NCBI RefSeq assembly: GCF_009914755.1 | Contig: NC_060947.1 | Strand: one strand, 5' to 3' | Source of the DNA: the human T2T-CHM13v2.0 reference genome, Homo sapiens | Length of the DNA: 64,000 nucleotides | Shown: positions 37,671 through 52,257 of the stretch, piece after piece | Numbering within the stretch: position 1 is the stretch's first letter | How the letters are laid out: each line of letters opens with the position of its first letter | Translations under genes and position numbers: made by a program | Notes under the pieces: generated by a model | The model's input: only the letters and a program-made list of their open reading frames with translations | What the model was told of the DNA's origin: nothing | Database searches by the model: none

Positions 37671-39949
37671 ATCTCCAATGAAAGAAATCATGAGAACAAA
37701 AGCAAAGAGATTAGGAACTTCAGCTTGTGAATGGGGGAAGCAACAGTTCAGTTTGGATAAAACCTAGGGTACGTGAAGGAAATGTGTAAGTTCATAGACA
37801 TAAAATGTAATACAGAGCTACTCAAAGAGAAAGTTGAGTTTTAGCAGAAAGATGACAATAAAAAGCAAATATTTTATATGTTCATGGTCAAGAAATATGT
37901 GATTCTGGCAATTTCTAACTGCTCTAAATATTTTATTAATTTACTAAGATCCTAGCATCCATTAATACTCCCTCACACCCAGGAACACCTGGTAGATTTT
38001 TAATATGATCTATCAGGTGATCTTCTCTTTTAATGTTTCCTAGAGCTTTTGAATGTATGTTTTCTTAACACTGTAATCCTGGCTGTGATTTCCCTCATGT
38101 TCAGAATGATTAAATTTTCCTTCACCTTTGAGTCAGGTATTAAACAGGCATAGATGTCCCATGCTAACCCCAGCATGGACCTCTTGGTTTAGCTCTTTTA
38201 TCTCAATCTCTTCCTGTAGAATATTTACATAACCAAATTCCATTTCCCCCTTTCCTTCCACTCCATTTCTGAATTATTTTGTTCTTGTCACTACCCTGTT
38301 TGATTTTTTAGCAGAACTGGATTATCTAAAACTGCATTCTTTGTGTGTACCCCTGACAGAAAGAGAGGCCCCTTCTTAGTTTCTGATTATTTCTTGGCTG
38401 AAAGACTGAAGCAGAAAATATCATTAGTGAGGAGTCACATCAGATTCCTGGGACATTTGTATGTTCTTTATGGGTGCCAGCAGAGCTGACTCTATCAGCA
38501 TGTGCAAAAGGGAAGGATTACACTGATGAATTATTTGTCAAAAAGTGAAAAGGCATTTTGGTTTTCTAAATTTTTAGAGAGAACTTAGTGATTTCTTTTT
38601 TCCAGTTCTCTTTAAGCAGGCTAGGCAGTACTCATGGGCACTTTTTGCTTTCAGCATTTGTATAACCCATTTATAATGCAATGCAGTCACTGTGCTACAT
38701 CAGGGCCACAGCAGTAGACAACAGTATAAAAAATAAAGATTGTGATTTTAAAAGAACTACTTAGAGACTTTTCTGGCAAGTTTCACCAGAAACTGTTAAT
38801 CATGGTGACTCTGGGTAGTGGAGATTGAAGAGACTTTTACTTTTTATTTACATTTTTCTGCAGCAGTTGAATTATTTTAAAAATACGAGTACACATTTCT
38901 TTTATGGAAAATAGGAGCCTTAGTACCTGGCTGTGGCCTCATGTGCAGGTTTATTTATTTGGTATTCAAAACCCTCTAGAATGCAGCCCTATCTTCCCTT
39001 TCTGGCAATGCTTCCTTTCACTTTTACCTATACACTACTAGTCTTGTTAGTCTCTACATTGTGCCACCCACATGGCGCTTTCACCCTACCTTTTTTACAT
39101 GGCTATGCCCTCTGACTGGCTTTCGACCTTTAGAAATTTGATCCTTTTTTCTAGGCCTACCACAGAAGCTGCCTCTTCCAAGCAACCTTTTGAGAGATTT
39201 TTAGCCCACCACTCACCCTCTATCTATTCTGTGCTAATGTTGCAAATGCAGCCACATTGAATGTAGTTCTCAGTTAGTACCTAATTATTTCCTGTATTAG
39301 TATTTTCTGACTAGTTACAGGAGCCAAATTCTTGTTCTGCCACAGCCTAGCTGTGTGATTCTGGGCATGTAGCAATCTCTCTGGGTGTGTTTCCTCATCT
39401 AGAAAATGAGGGATGTTGGGAGATCTCCTAAGTGCTTTCTATTTCTAACAAACTAGGATTTTCATATTTGTGAAAGAGACTTTAAAAATTCCAAAGCACT
39501 ATACAATAAAAATTTGTATTAGAATTATACTGTTTGTATTTCCTGCAGCTCTTACGTTACCAAGTAAAATACCTGTATCTCTGACAAACTGTTTGTACAA
39601 AATGTCTTAAGATTTAATAAAAATTCTTTTTGGCTTGAACTAAAGTCCAACTTTCCACAAAAGAAAGTATATTTTTCACATATTAGAGACACAGATTTGA
39701 ACATGTTTCTTCTATTGTCAGTTTTGCATTTCATTTTTGAGCTGACAATCACTTGAACATATTTTGATTAATGTAGAATTTGCATTAACGAACCATTTAA
39801 ATGCCCTTTTTACATCAAGCCTGACAATTTAGAAATGTCCTAGTATCATATATTGGCAATCTTTCCTGAAGAAATTAACTCCTCAGAAATGACAAATAAT
39901 ATTACTGTCCCCATGCATTATCTATGGGAATAACAACATTATCATCATC

Positions 39950-40200
39950 AACAACAAAGCTAACACTTCCATAGCACTTACTTTGCACTAGGTACTATCC
40001 TAAGCTCTTTACATATATTAATTCATTCAGTTCTCTCAACAACACTGTAAGGTAAGCATTTCCCCTTCCATTTCATGGATGAAAAAAACCGAGGCCCAGA
40101 AAGGCTAAATAATGTGCCAAGAGGTCACATAGCTGGTAAATTGCAGTGATGGGACTTCATCTCAGGAAATCTGTCTTCATATTCTCTGTTCTAAGCTATT
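39950..40200 (-). mobile_element. MIR SINE
   Basis: atagcacttactttgcactaggtact...gatgaaaaaaaccgaggcccaga...ggtcacatagctggtaaa. Confidence 0.7.
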
Positions 40201-40308
40201 AAGCTAAGCCGCTTTCAACTCTGCTCTCAAATTTCTGTGTGACCATGGATAAGCCCCTTTCTTTCTGAGTCTTATATGCGTCTCTAAAAGTGGAGAGATT
40301 AAATTAGT

Positions 40309-40655
40309 CAGAGATTGCAAACTGATCACCCATGGGCTCGATGTAGCCTGCAGATATGTTTTGATCTGTCTGTACTTATCTTAAAGTTGATTAAAAATCA
40401 GGGGATTCCACAAAACAATCCATACTCCCAATTTCTCTTGAAAAGCTGGGAAATCTGGCCATACTATGCCCATGTTCCCACATAGCAAGAGCCAACAAGA
40501 ACTTAGTATATACTGGTTGCTTCCTTTAGCTGGGGAACAACTCTAGTTTTCTATGGTTCTACCACTCCCTAGTTGCATTAAAACTACCTGCTTTACTCTT
40601 TTGCTTTCTCTACCTGGTTCCTTGTATACATTTGAGCCGGAGCTCTAATATCCCT
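40309..40655. mobile_element. MER102-like hAT-Charlie element
   Basis: cagagattgcaaact...gcctgcagatatgttttg...tctcttgaaaagctgggaaatctggc matches the recalled consensus. Confidence 0.65.
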
Positions 40656-40837
40656 GATATATAACTTTTACAGTCTCTTTTAGCTTGAAAATTTAATGTT
40701 TCCATGTGTAGTAAAAACTTACTGTAGTTGCTACTGATACACATAACTGCATAGATGACCCTTTAAGACATAATGTCAAATGAAAGCAGCCAGAAACAAA
40801 AGAGTAAATGTTATCATTATTTGAAGTTCAAGAACAG

Positions 40838-42138
40838 TCAAAGCCTGACAAAACAAGCAATGGGGAAAGGACTCTGTATTTAATAAATGGTGCTGGGATA
40901 ACTGGCTAGCAATATGCAGAAGACTGAAGTCAGACCCTTATATTCAGCATATACAAAAATTAACTCAAAATAGATCAAATATTTAAATGTATGACCTCCA
41001 ACTATAAAAATCCTAGAAGACAATCTAGTAAATACTCTTCTTGACATTGGCCTTGGCAAATAATTTTTGGCTAAGTAATGAAAAGCAATTGCAACAAAAA
41101 CAAAAATAGACAAGCAGAACCTAATTAAACTAAAGAGCTTCTTCAAAGCAAGTAAATTATCAACAGAATAAACAGAGAACCTAGAGAATTGGAGAAAATA
41201 TTCACAAACTATGCATCTGACAAAGGCATATCTGGAATCTATAGGGAACTTAAGCAAATCAACCAGCACAAAACAAATAACCCCATTAAAAACAGGCAAA
41301 GGACATGAACACACACTTCTCAAAAGAAGACATACAAGTTACCTACACACATATGAAAAAATGCTCAGCATCACTGACCATCAGGGAAATGTAAATAAAA
41401 ACCACAATGAGATACCATCTCACACCTGGCAGAATGGCTATTATGAAAAAGTCAAAAAGCAACAGATGCTAGCGAGACTATGGAGAAAAGGAAATACTTA
41501 TATACAATTGATGAGAATGTAAATTAGTCTAGCCACTGTGGATAACAGTTTGGCAATTTCTCAAATACTTAAAACAGAGCTACAATTTGACCTAGCAATT
41601 TCATTACTGGGTGTACCCAAAGGAAAATAGATCATTATACCAAAAAGACACATGGACTTGTATGTTCATTGCTGTGCTATTCACAATAGCAGAGACATGT
41701 AACCAACCCCGTGCCCATCAATGGTAGATTGGATAAGGAAAATGTTGTTCATATACACCATGGAATACTATGCAGCCATAAAAAGAATGGAATTCTGTCC
41801 TTTGTGACAACATGGATGGAGCTAGCTGGAGGCCATAATCCTAAGTGAATTAAGGCAGTAGCAGAAAACCAAATACCCCATGTTCTCACTTATAAGTAGG
41901 AGTTAAACATTGAGCACACATGAACATAGAAATAGGAACAGTACACACTGTAGACTAATAGAGGGTAGAGGGAAAGAAAGGCGGGAGGTGTGGGTTGAAA
42001 AACTACCTGTTGGGTATATGATCACTATTTTGGTGATGGGATCCATACTCCAAACTTCAACATCATGTATTACTTCGATGGAACAAAACAGCACATGCAT
42101 AAAATAAAATAAAAGCTGAAATTGGAAAAAAAAAAAAA
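40838..42138 (+). mobile_element. 5'-truncated LINE-1 3' end (~1.3 kb) with poly(A), nested in an older L1M fragment
   Basis: ORF2 C-terminal and 3' UTR sequence. A-tail at 42127-42138, with aagaacag on both sides. Confidence 0.88.
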
Positions 42139-42450
42139 GAACAGGAAGATCCACTCAATAGTGCTGCAAGTCAGAAGAGTAGTTACCTCTGGGGATGAGG
42201 GAGTATTGACTGAGGAATGAGCAGAAGAAACTTTTCTCAGTGTGGGTGATGGAAATAATCTATATGTTGATCTGAGTGGCAGTCACATAGGTATACACAT
42301 ATCTTAAAAGTCACTGAAGATTTGTGCATTGTACTGTATGTGAATTGCACATTGCATTTTGAGCAAGATGCTTAAAAAGCAATGGTGTCCAGGGGTTTCC
42401 AAATGCTAGTCCTCAAAGGGTGGCATCAGAATAATCTGAGATATTTTCTT

Positions 42451-42577
42451 TTTTTAATTTTTTTATTATACTTTAAGTTCTAGGGTTCAAGTGCACAACA
42501 TGCAGCTTTTTTACTTATGTATACATGTGCCATGTTGGTGTGCTGCACCCATTAACTCATCATTTACATTAGGTATA
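42451..42577 (-). mobile_element. Very short young L1PA 3' end inserted in a MER5A-like element
   Basis: tattatactttaagttctaggg...; perfect 14-bp TSD tgagatattttctt (42437-42450 and 42578-42591). Confidence 0.9.
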
Positions 42578-43609
42578 TGAGATATTTTCTTAAAAGCAAA
42601 TTCCCAGGACCAAGGTAAGACATACTAATTCAAAATCTCTGTAGGTAGGGCCTTGAGATTGTATGTATTTTAACAAGTTGGCTGGTCTAGCTGACTCAAA
42701 GACACTTGTCAGGACCCTCTTGAATACCTTTGGAGAAGTGTAAGCAAACGTCTTATTTGCTCCTCAGAACAACACATGAGATAGGTGTCATTATTTCTAT
42801 TATACATGGAAGTGAAATGAGGCTTGGGACAATCAAGGAACTTAACCTCAGTGATAAAACTAGCAAAAGATGGATACAGATTTAGAGACAGCCCCACTTA
42901 ACTTCAAAGACCAGGTATTTCCATGACAATGCATTGCCTTCTAAAAACAGTCATTATGGGCAAAGTGTTATCCCTACTTGTTGATTAAAGATGTGTAGAG
43001 TCAGAGCCCTGAAACAGCATATCTTATATAACTTAGCAGAGTTTGCTTTTTAAGTATCTTGCTCAAAATGCAATGTGCAATTCACATAGGAGAGTTTGAA
43101 CCCAAGTCTATTAATATATCCAGGACCTATTTCTCTGATGCCTTCAGTGCCCCTCACTTTGCCCCTGAAAAGAGTTGGTTTTTTACAACTGGAGTTCTGC
43201 TTGAGATCTGTTTGCAAAATATTTTAAAGCCCGACTGCACAAAATACGACAGTTTCTAAGGTTACAACATAGAATAGCTTTTTCACTGCATTTTGTACCT
43301 TGAAAAACCCTGTAATTAGAGAATGTTCATTAACGATGGAGTGAAAATGAATAATGTAATTTCAATATTTCCAAAATTCTAACATTTATGGAATAACTAA
43401 AACTTGTTTGATTCTAATTTTTTCAAAAATAAAATCAACTCTGGTGGTATATGTGTCTACTTTAGAAGGGATCTGTGGGTCTTCAGATGTCTATCCTGTC
43501 TCCTAAATTGTCACCTTCACCTCAGTTCCACTGTCTGAAATTTGCCATTTTATATTTAATATCTCTCTTTTACTAAGGAAATATATTCTTTTGCATTAAA
43601 CATTGTCTC

Positions 43610-44047
43610 TGTCTGGGGTTGAATAGTGACCTCTTGAAATTTATGTCCACCTGGAGCCTCAGAATGTGACTTTACTTGGAATAGGGTCTTTGAAGATATA
43701 ATTAGTTAAGATAAGGCCATACCGGATTAAGATGGGCCCTAAGTTCAAAGACTGGTATCCTTATAGGAAGATCATGTGAAGACAAAGAGACACACACAGA
43801 GAAGATGCCCATGTGAAGATGAAGGCAGAGATTAGAGTGATGCATTGACAAGCCAAGAAATTCCAGGAGCCATGAGAAGCTAGAAGAGGGAAAAAAATTC
43901 TTTCCTAGAGCTTTCAGAGGGAACATGGTCCTGCTGACACTTTGATTGTACTCTTTCAGCTTCCAGAACTTTGAGAGAATACATTTCTGTTTTTGAAGCT
44001 ACATATTTTGTGGTAATTTGTTATGGCATCCCTAGGAAATTGATACA
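43610..44047 (+). mobile_element. MLT1-type MaLR solo LTR
   Basis: TG...CA ends, MLT1-like text, TSD gtctc / gcctc. Confidence 0.82.
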
Positions 44048-47000
44048 GCCTCTTACATCAAGTCCTTGAAGACAGGTGCCTGGATGGGGCATTCTATGAA
44101 GTCACTGGCACTTCAGTGGGAAAGCACTGGATTAACAGGTAGGAATCACTAGGAGGGATAAAAGGCCTTTGAACAGGAAACAAGGAAGGGGAGAGGAAAG
44201 ATGATCACATTTTGCTTATTGCACAATTGAAGACCAGCCCTGTAGAGAGTAACCACCAAAGACTCTGTCAAATGCCTGGACCCAGGCCAGCTTTCTGTCC
44301 TATACCAATATGGAGTCAACAGTGAGCAACTGTTGCCCTGGCTAAGTGCTCAGGAACTAGGAGTTGAAAACAACTTGCACACCTTGGAGACAAGAGCCCT
44401 TGTCTTGTCTTGGCCAGTCTTTTCCCTCCTCTGAAATCATCACTTGTAAATGTCTTGTTCTCAGGGTGATTTACATGCTTACAAAGAGTTTGGCAGGCAG
44501 GACAATACTCTCTATGTGGCCCCTATTCCTCTATCTCAATCAGAATTGGAAAATTTACTATTATCTTTTTAAATTGCCATTTGTATTTGTTTGTTTGTCT
44601 TTGTGAACATTCATCTATCTGTTTTACTACCCATCCCCTGCTCCCCTCCATCGCATGTTTTAGCAATGCTTCTCTAGACTTGACTAGACTTGGTTTTGTT
44701 TTCTGCATCAAGTGATGTTTCATTTTGACCCAATACCCAGGGGAGTGGGGATGACCAGGGGTCTTAGGCTCTGCTTTACTTTTTTGCTGATTAGGCCAGA
44801 GCAGGGTGGCTGTTTCTAATTCATTTTACAGTTTGCTGTTGGTATAATTTATCTCCCTGAGAAAGTCCTCTCATTTGTTTGCATTTTCACATTTCAAGCA
44901 CCTCTATCTTGTCTGAGCATCAGGGTAGGTGGGTGGCCATCACAGGTACAGACTTGTCACAAGTACAGATATATCTGATTGTATTATATCCAATTTTGTA
45001 GGTTGCAATTTTGCTACCCCTGTCTTCATAGTGGACCTTCACTAACCTGGAACATGGTTTCTAAGGTAGATATGTGAAAAATGAATGTAGAGACCTGTCA
45101 CATAAGAGAGCTGTTGGTATGACATGAAAAGACTGGCAAAGATACCTTTTCTTATCTCTGCACCAAAGAAAACAAAAAGCTGCTTACTTAACAATTTTGT
45201 CTATGGTTGATATGACAGTAGCATTCAGCTGCGTGCTCAGGTATGCCTCAATTGTTTTGTTCTTAGTTCCACACAATGTCTATGAAACAATAATTTATAA
45301 TGGTGATTGAAGAGCATTAACTAGCATATATTGCTTTCCTTGTCTACATTTTGGTTACTAAAGCCATGCTTTTCTGGAAGGAAGAATGAGAAATTTACTG
45401 GTTTAGGAGTCAAGAAACATGTTTTTTTGCTAACTGTGAATCTCCCACTATTAATTCAGCCTCCTGTAGTATCCTGTAATATGCTTTAAAGGGAATCACC
45501 AGTGTTAGTTTCTCTTTTCCAATTTGGTCTGACAAAGCCCAGGCCTGAAGTCTTTGGGGAAAGAAAAGTTTAATGGGCATAGTGCTGGTCTCTAAATCAA
45601 AAGATCTCCATTTCAGAGGAGCATGTGATTCACAGATCTTATTTTCTTTCTAACAATTTCACTATCAGACATTACACGAAATATTTATTTGTTTGAATTC
45701 ATAGAATGTTACCTCATTAGACCAAAAAAAAAAAAAGCCTTACTCTCCACTGTGTCTTTAGTGCTTACAATGGTGCCTGGAACTTAGTAGGGGCTTAGTA
45801 AATATCTGTGTAAAGAGTGAATGAATGAGTGAACGACTTTGGGAAGCTGTAAGGGTTATCTAACCCACTCTCACACTAACATTCTCTCTAACATCCCTGA
45901 CAAACACTCATCCAATCTAGACTCAAGTCTCTCCAGGAAAAGAGAACTTAACATTTACTCAGACAGCTCATTTTACTATTGCCAGAGAGTTCTTCCTTAT
46001 GTTGACTTCAAGTCTGCCTTATGAAAATTTTCTCCTTAGTCTTTATCCTGCTCTTTCAGCCATACAAAATAAGTTCTAATTTTTCAGTACAAATCGCCCT
46101 TCAAATTTATACAAATTGCACTGATATTCTCCTTAAGTCTTCTTCGTCTTCAGGTGAAATAGCTTTTAACTGTTTCTCATGTGATAAGATTTAGACTACC
46201 CCTCATCATCCTGGCACTCTTCTGTGACCACCTATTTCTGTCCCAATACTACAGTCTGGCATGTGTGCAATGTATTACAGCTAGTGTCTCCTTGGTGGAT
46301 GAAAATCCATACATACTTTGGAATGTGGGTGATATGTATATATTCTTTATCGGTTTGGCTGGAGAATCAGTGGGGTCATAGTTAATGCTATTGGTACTGA
46401 CAATAAATCTTTATAATTAGACTTCTAAGTCAGTGCCTTAGCAAGATGAGCAGGCCAAATGCAAACTCCCCTTGGTATATTGTTTCATTATGGCAAGACA
46501 GACTCAAACATGTAACAATACCTTGGGTTCTATTTGGAACCTTTTAATTCAAAAAAAAACTGATTAAAAAACACTTTTCTCTTTCACCTTTTTTCTCTCC
46601 AGTGAAACACATATCCAAGAAAAGGTAGTCTGCAGGAAAACTGGAGGAAGACTTATGCTTAGAGTCCTTGCTCTGCAAACTTCTACAGGTAACATTAATT
46701 ATTTGTGTGAGTGAATACAACCGCATTGCGTAAGTTCACTTTGGATATTTCTGGCTTTCTGAGAAAGACAGAGATAAAATATATTTTGGTCTGAGTCACA
46801 GATTAACTAGGCATCTAGTCGTAACTTAAAACCTAGGACAATAAAAAGAGACCCTCATCAAATTAAATAAAACATTTGAACTTACTAAAAGGAAGTATGT
46901 TTAGAAACTGATACAAATTCAAATTCTCTCTCTCAAATAAAGTACAGTGTTTGCTTCAAATTAAGATCATTTGCCAATTTGATTATTAGGGTCCCTCACA

Positions 47001-47106
47001 GCTCAAAAACTGATTCATTAAGTACGGTCTAAATATAACCAATATTTCATTATTTACTATAAAATTTTGATGAGTTTAGGTTAGAAATATATATGCTGCT
47101 CTATTC

Positions 47107-50100
47107 TTTTTTTAACTTTTATTTTAAGTTAAGGGGAGCAAGTGCAGGTTTGGAACATAGGTACATTTGCGTCAAGGGGGCTTGTTGTACAAATTATTTC
47201 ATCATCCAGGTTTTAAGCCTTGTACCCATTAATCATTTTTCCTGAACCTCTCCCTCCTCCAAACCTCCATCCTCAGAAAGGCCCCAGTGTGTGTTGTTCT
47301 CCTTTATGCATCCATGTGTTCTCATCATTTAGCTCCTACTCATAAGTGAGAACATGTGGTATTTGGTTTTCTGTTCCTGTGTTAGTTTGATAAGGATAAT
47401 GGTCTCCAGCTCCATCCATGTCCCTGCAAAAGACATGATCTCGTTCTTTTTTGTGGCTGCATAGTATTCCATAGTGTATATGTACCACATTTTCTTTATA
47501 CAGTCTATCATCGTTGATGGACATTTAGGTTGATTCCATGTCATTGCTATTGTAAATCATGCTGTAATGAACATACATGTGCATGTGTCTTTACAGTGGA
47601 ATGATTTATATTCCTTTGGTTACATACCCATACATGTGCATGTGTCTTTACAGTGGAATGATTTATATTCCTTTGGTTACATACCCAGTAATGGAATTGC
47701 TGATTCAAATGGTATTTCTGTCTTTTGGTCTTTTAAGAAATCACCACACTGTCTTCCACAATGGCTGAACTAGTTTACACTCCCACCAACAGTGTATAAG
47801 CATTCTTATACTTATAATCCTATTCACAATTGCCACAAAAAGAATAAAATACGTAGAAATACACCTAACCAGGGAGGTTAAAGGTCTCACAAGGAGAACT
47901 ACAAACCACTGCTCAAAGAAATCAGAAATGACACAAACAAATTGAAACACATTCAATGCTCACAGATAGAAAGAATCAATATTGTTAAAATAGTCATACT
48001 ACCCGAAGCAATTTATGGATTCAATGCTATTCCCATTAAACTACCATTGACATTCTTCACAAAACAAGAAAAAAAACTATTTTAAAATTGATATGGAATC
48101 AACAAAGAGTCTGAATAGACAAGGCAACCCTAAGCAAAAAGAACAAAGCTGGAGGCATGATGCTACCCAACTTCAACCTATACTACAGGGCTACAGTAAT
48201 CAAAACAGCATGGTACTGGTACAAGAATAGACATATAAACCAATGGGACACAATGGATAACCCAGAAATAAGAGTGCACGCCTACAACTATTTGATCTTT
48301 AACAAACTGAAAAAAAAACAAGCAATGGGGAAAGGAATTCATATTCAATAAATGGTGCTGAAATAACTCACTAGCCATATCCAGAAGATTGAAGCTGGAC
48401 CCCTTCCTTACATCACACACAAAAATTAACTCAAGATGTATTCAAGACTTAAATGTAAAACCAAAAACTATAAAAATCCTGGAAGACAACACAGACATTA
48501 CTATTCAGGATACATGAACAGACGAAGATTTCATAACAGAGACACCAAAAGCAATTGCAACAAAAGAAAAAATTGATAAATGGAATCTAATTAAACTAAA
48601 GAGCTTCTGCACAGCCAAAGATGCTATCAACAGAGTAAATAGCCTACAGAATGGGAGAAAATATTTGCGAACTATGCATCCCACAAAAGTCTAATGTCCA
48701 GCATCTATAAGGAATTTAAACCAATTTACAAGAAAAAAAAAACCCCATAATAAAGTAGGCAATGGACATGAACAGACACTTTTCAAAAGAAGACATACAT
48801 GAGGCCAACAATCACATGAAAAATCTCAACATCCCTGATCATTAGAGAAAAACAAATTGAAACCACACTGAGATATCACCTAAGACCAGTCAGAATGGCT
48901 ACTATTAAAAAGTAAGAAAATAACAGATGCTGGCAAGGTTGTAGAGAAAAGGGAATGCTTATGCACTGTTGGTGGGAGTGTAAACTAGTTCAGCCATTGT
49001 GGAAGACAGTGTGGTGATTTCTTAAAAGACCAAAAGACAGAAATACCATTTGAATCAGCAATTCCATTACTGGGTATGTAACCAAAGGAATATAAATCAT
49101 TCCACTGTAAAGACACATGCACATGTATGTTCATTACAGCATGATTTACAATAGCAATGACATGGAATCAACCTAAATGTCCATCAACGATAGACTGTAT
49201 AAAGAAAATGTGGTACATATACACTATGGAATACTATGCAGCCACAAAAAAGAACGAGATCATGTCTTTTGCAGGGACATGGATGGAGCTGGAGACCATT
49301 ATCCTTATCAAACTAACACAGGAACAGAAAACCAAATACCACATGTTCTCACTTATGAGTAGGAGCTAAATGATGAGAACACATGGATGCATAAAGGAGA
49401 ACAACACACACTGGGGCCTTTCTGAGGATGGAGGTTTGGAGGAGGGAGAGGTTCAGGAAAAATGACTAATGGGTACAAGGCTTAAAACCTGGATGATGAA
49501 ATAATTTGCACAATGTTCCTGGTTTGGCTTTTGGCTTGACTGTTTTTTATATATAGAAATGCTAGTGACTTTTGCACATTGATTTTGTATCCTGAGACTT
49601 TTCTGAAGTTATTTATCAGTTTAAGAAGCTTTTGGGCTGAGACTATCAGGTTTTCTAGGTATAGGATCATGTCTTTTGCAAACAAGGATAGTTTGACTTT
49701 CTGTTTTCCTATTTGAATGTCCTTTGTTTGTTTTGTCTGATTTTCCCAGCCAGAACTTCCAATACTATGTTGAATAGGAGTGGTGAGAAAGGGCACTTTT
49801 GTCTTGTGCCTATATTCAAGAGAAATGCTTCCAGCTATTCAGCTATTCAGTATGATGTTGCCTGTTGGCTTCTCATATATGGTTGTAATTATTTTGAGGT
49901 ATGTTCCTTCAATATTTATTGAGAACTTTTAAACTGAAGGAATGTTGAATATTTTTTCAAAAGTCTTTTCTGCATCTACTGAGATAATCATATGGTTTTT
50001 TTTGTTTAGTTCTGTTTATTTCATGAATCACATTTATTGATTTGTTTCTGTTGAAACAACCTTGCATTCTGGGGATCAGACCTACTCAATCGTGATGGAT

Positions 50101-50480
50101 TAGCTTTTTGATGTGCTGCTGGATTTGGTTTGCCAGTGTATTGTTGAGGATTTTGCATGAATGTTTGTCCAGGATATTGGCTGAAAGTTTTCTTTTATTG
50201 TTGTGTCTCTGTCAGGTTTTTGTATCAGGATGAGTCTGGCCTCAGAAAGTGAATTAGGGAGAAGTCCCTCCTTTTTGATTTTTGGGATAGTTTCTGTAGA
50301 GATGGTACCAGGTCTTCTTTGAACATCTGGTAGAATTAGCTGTGAATCCCTCTGGTCCTGGGCTTTTTTTTTTTTTTGGTTGGTAGGCTATTTGTTACTG
50401 CCTCAATTTCAGAACTTGTTATTGGTCTGTTCAGGGATTCAGTTTCTTTCTGTTTCAGTCATGGGATGGTGTATGTGTAT
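47107..50480 (-). mobile_element. 5'-truncated LINE-1 with internal inversion and inverted duplication
   Basis: Minus 47107-47805, plus ~47815-49513, minus 49514-50480. Segments 47185-47805 and 48953-49513 are inverted copies of each other. Confidence 0.92.
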
Positions 50481-52031
50481 TCTGCTTGCTTAAGGCCTGG
50501 ATTTTAATAGTTTTCCTTAAGCTTAAATCTTAGTTATTTTCTCACTACTTTTCTAATATATGCCATAACCTCCTCACCATTATTATTGATTGCTTACCAT
50601 TTTTCTTTAAATTGACTCCCTTTTAAAGCTTAAATACGTATGTTATCCATTTTCAACATTATGTTTGTTGGCATCATGGGCTTGATATGCTCAATATTTT
50701 TTTAAAAAATTGTTTAGGTACTATAATTTTCTATGAATTATGTGTATTATACATTTCTAACTACACAGTCTGCCTTCTGACAGTATTCTACAGTCTTGAC
50801 TCAATTGACTATAGTCTTTATTTATATATATTCAGAAATTTAAAATTTCATTACAATATAGGTACCAGGAATTGGATCAGCGCTACCCAGTGTCAAATGT
50901 GTTTGTGGGACAGAGGGATGAGAGAGCTGCTGATGAGACCAGATGAAGGAGTTTCTGTCTGCTCATCACCTTTCTCCCTACTCATCTCCTGCTATGCCAG
51001 TTTTACAATTTTCTTCCTTCAAAACTCAGCCATCTGCTATATGCATGGTAAAAAGTCCTTGAAAAGTTTGCAGAATTTTACCTTTTGCTCTTGAAGATAT
51101 TAGACTGGAACATGATAGAAGCATAACGCAAATAGCATTAAAAAAGCAGAATGAATTTTCTTCTCACTGTTGACATGGAACTTCAGTTGTTTTAGCTTCA
51201 CGGCCCAAATGACTTGGTCTGTGGAAGCTACTTTTGGCTTGCTATCCCAGCTGAAATAATAATATTCAGAGTACAGTTGAAATTGTTTGAAACTTCAGTA
51301 TAGTTGAATCTCTAATGCTCAAGTCCAGGTGATTAACTTTTAATTGGCCTAAGGACTTTATGCTGATCCTTCAAAACCTTTCAGTAGCTATCTCTTCTAT
51401 CTTTCTTACAGTGATCAATGAACCCTTTGGTTCTCCAGCTCCTGGGTCAAGAAATGGCAAAGGAGATAATGGTATTGTTATCACTCTAAAGGTTTAAGTT
51501 GCAAAAGCAGTTTCATCTCCAAAAAAATGTTTGTTTCTTCTTAGGCACTGTGTCCACAGATCAGTTTCTTGGGTAAGGTTGTATGGGTCAACTTACGAAA
51601 CTTTCTTTAATCATGTCAAAGGACCTAGAGTTTGTTTGCCCATGCTTAATTCTGCTCTTTATAAACTCAAACAAAAATACACTCTTCACTGAATTACCAG
51701 CATGAGTATTCACTAGTCTTGAATTACTATTATAAAGAATAATTCATAATTTAAAGTAAGATTTAAAGAAACATGAAGGTTTTGGTTTTTAACAAAGACA
51801 TATAGTGGCTTCCTCTAAAAACTGTTGAGACTGTTTAGAGTTATCATTATAAAACAAGGACATTCTCACAATGCACGGACACGGTGAAGTTTATGTTTAA
51901 TTAGAAAGCTGTCACTGGAGCTCAAGGGTCAATTAATGTCACCTCCTGGATCATGGTTGACATAATATGGCATGTACATGTAATGTCATAACTTAGAAGA
52001 GACCGCAGGAAAAAAAACAATCAAAGGTCTT

Positions 52032-52212
52032 TGATATGGTTTGGCTCTGTGTCCCCACCCAAATCTCATCTCAAATTGTAATCCCCATAATCCCCATGTG
52101 TTGAAGGAAAGAGCCGGTGGGAAGTGATTGGATCATGAGGGCAGTTTCCCCCATGCTGTTCTCATAATAGTGAGTGAGCTCTCATGAGATCTGATGGTTT
52201 TATAAGTTGTGT

Positions 52213-52257
<45 letters not shown>

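Noticed and set aside
46630-46695. Exon-like stretch ending CAG|GTAACA on the plus strand
   Set aside because: A lone splice-like motif with no coding or partner-exon support.
50687-51094. 135-aa plus ORF
   Set aside because: AT-rich, no recognisable motifs; consistent with a chance ORF.
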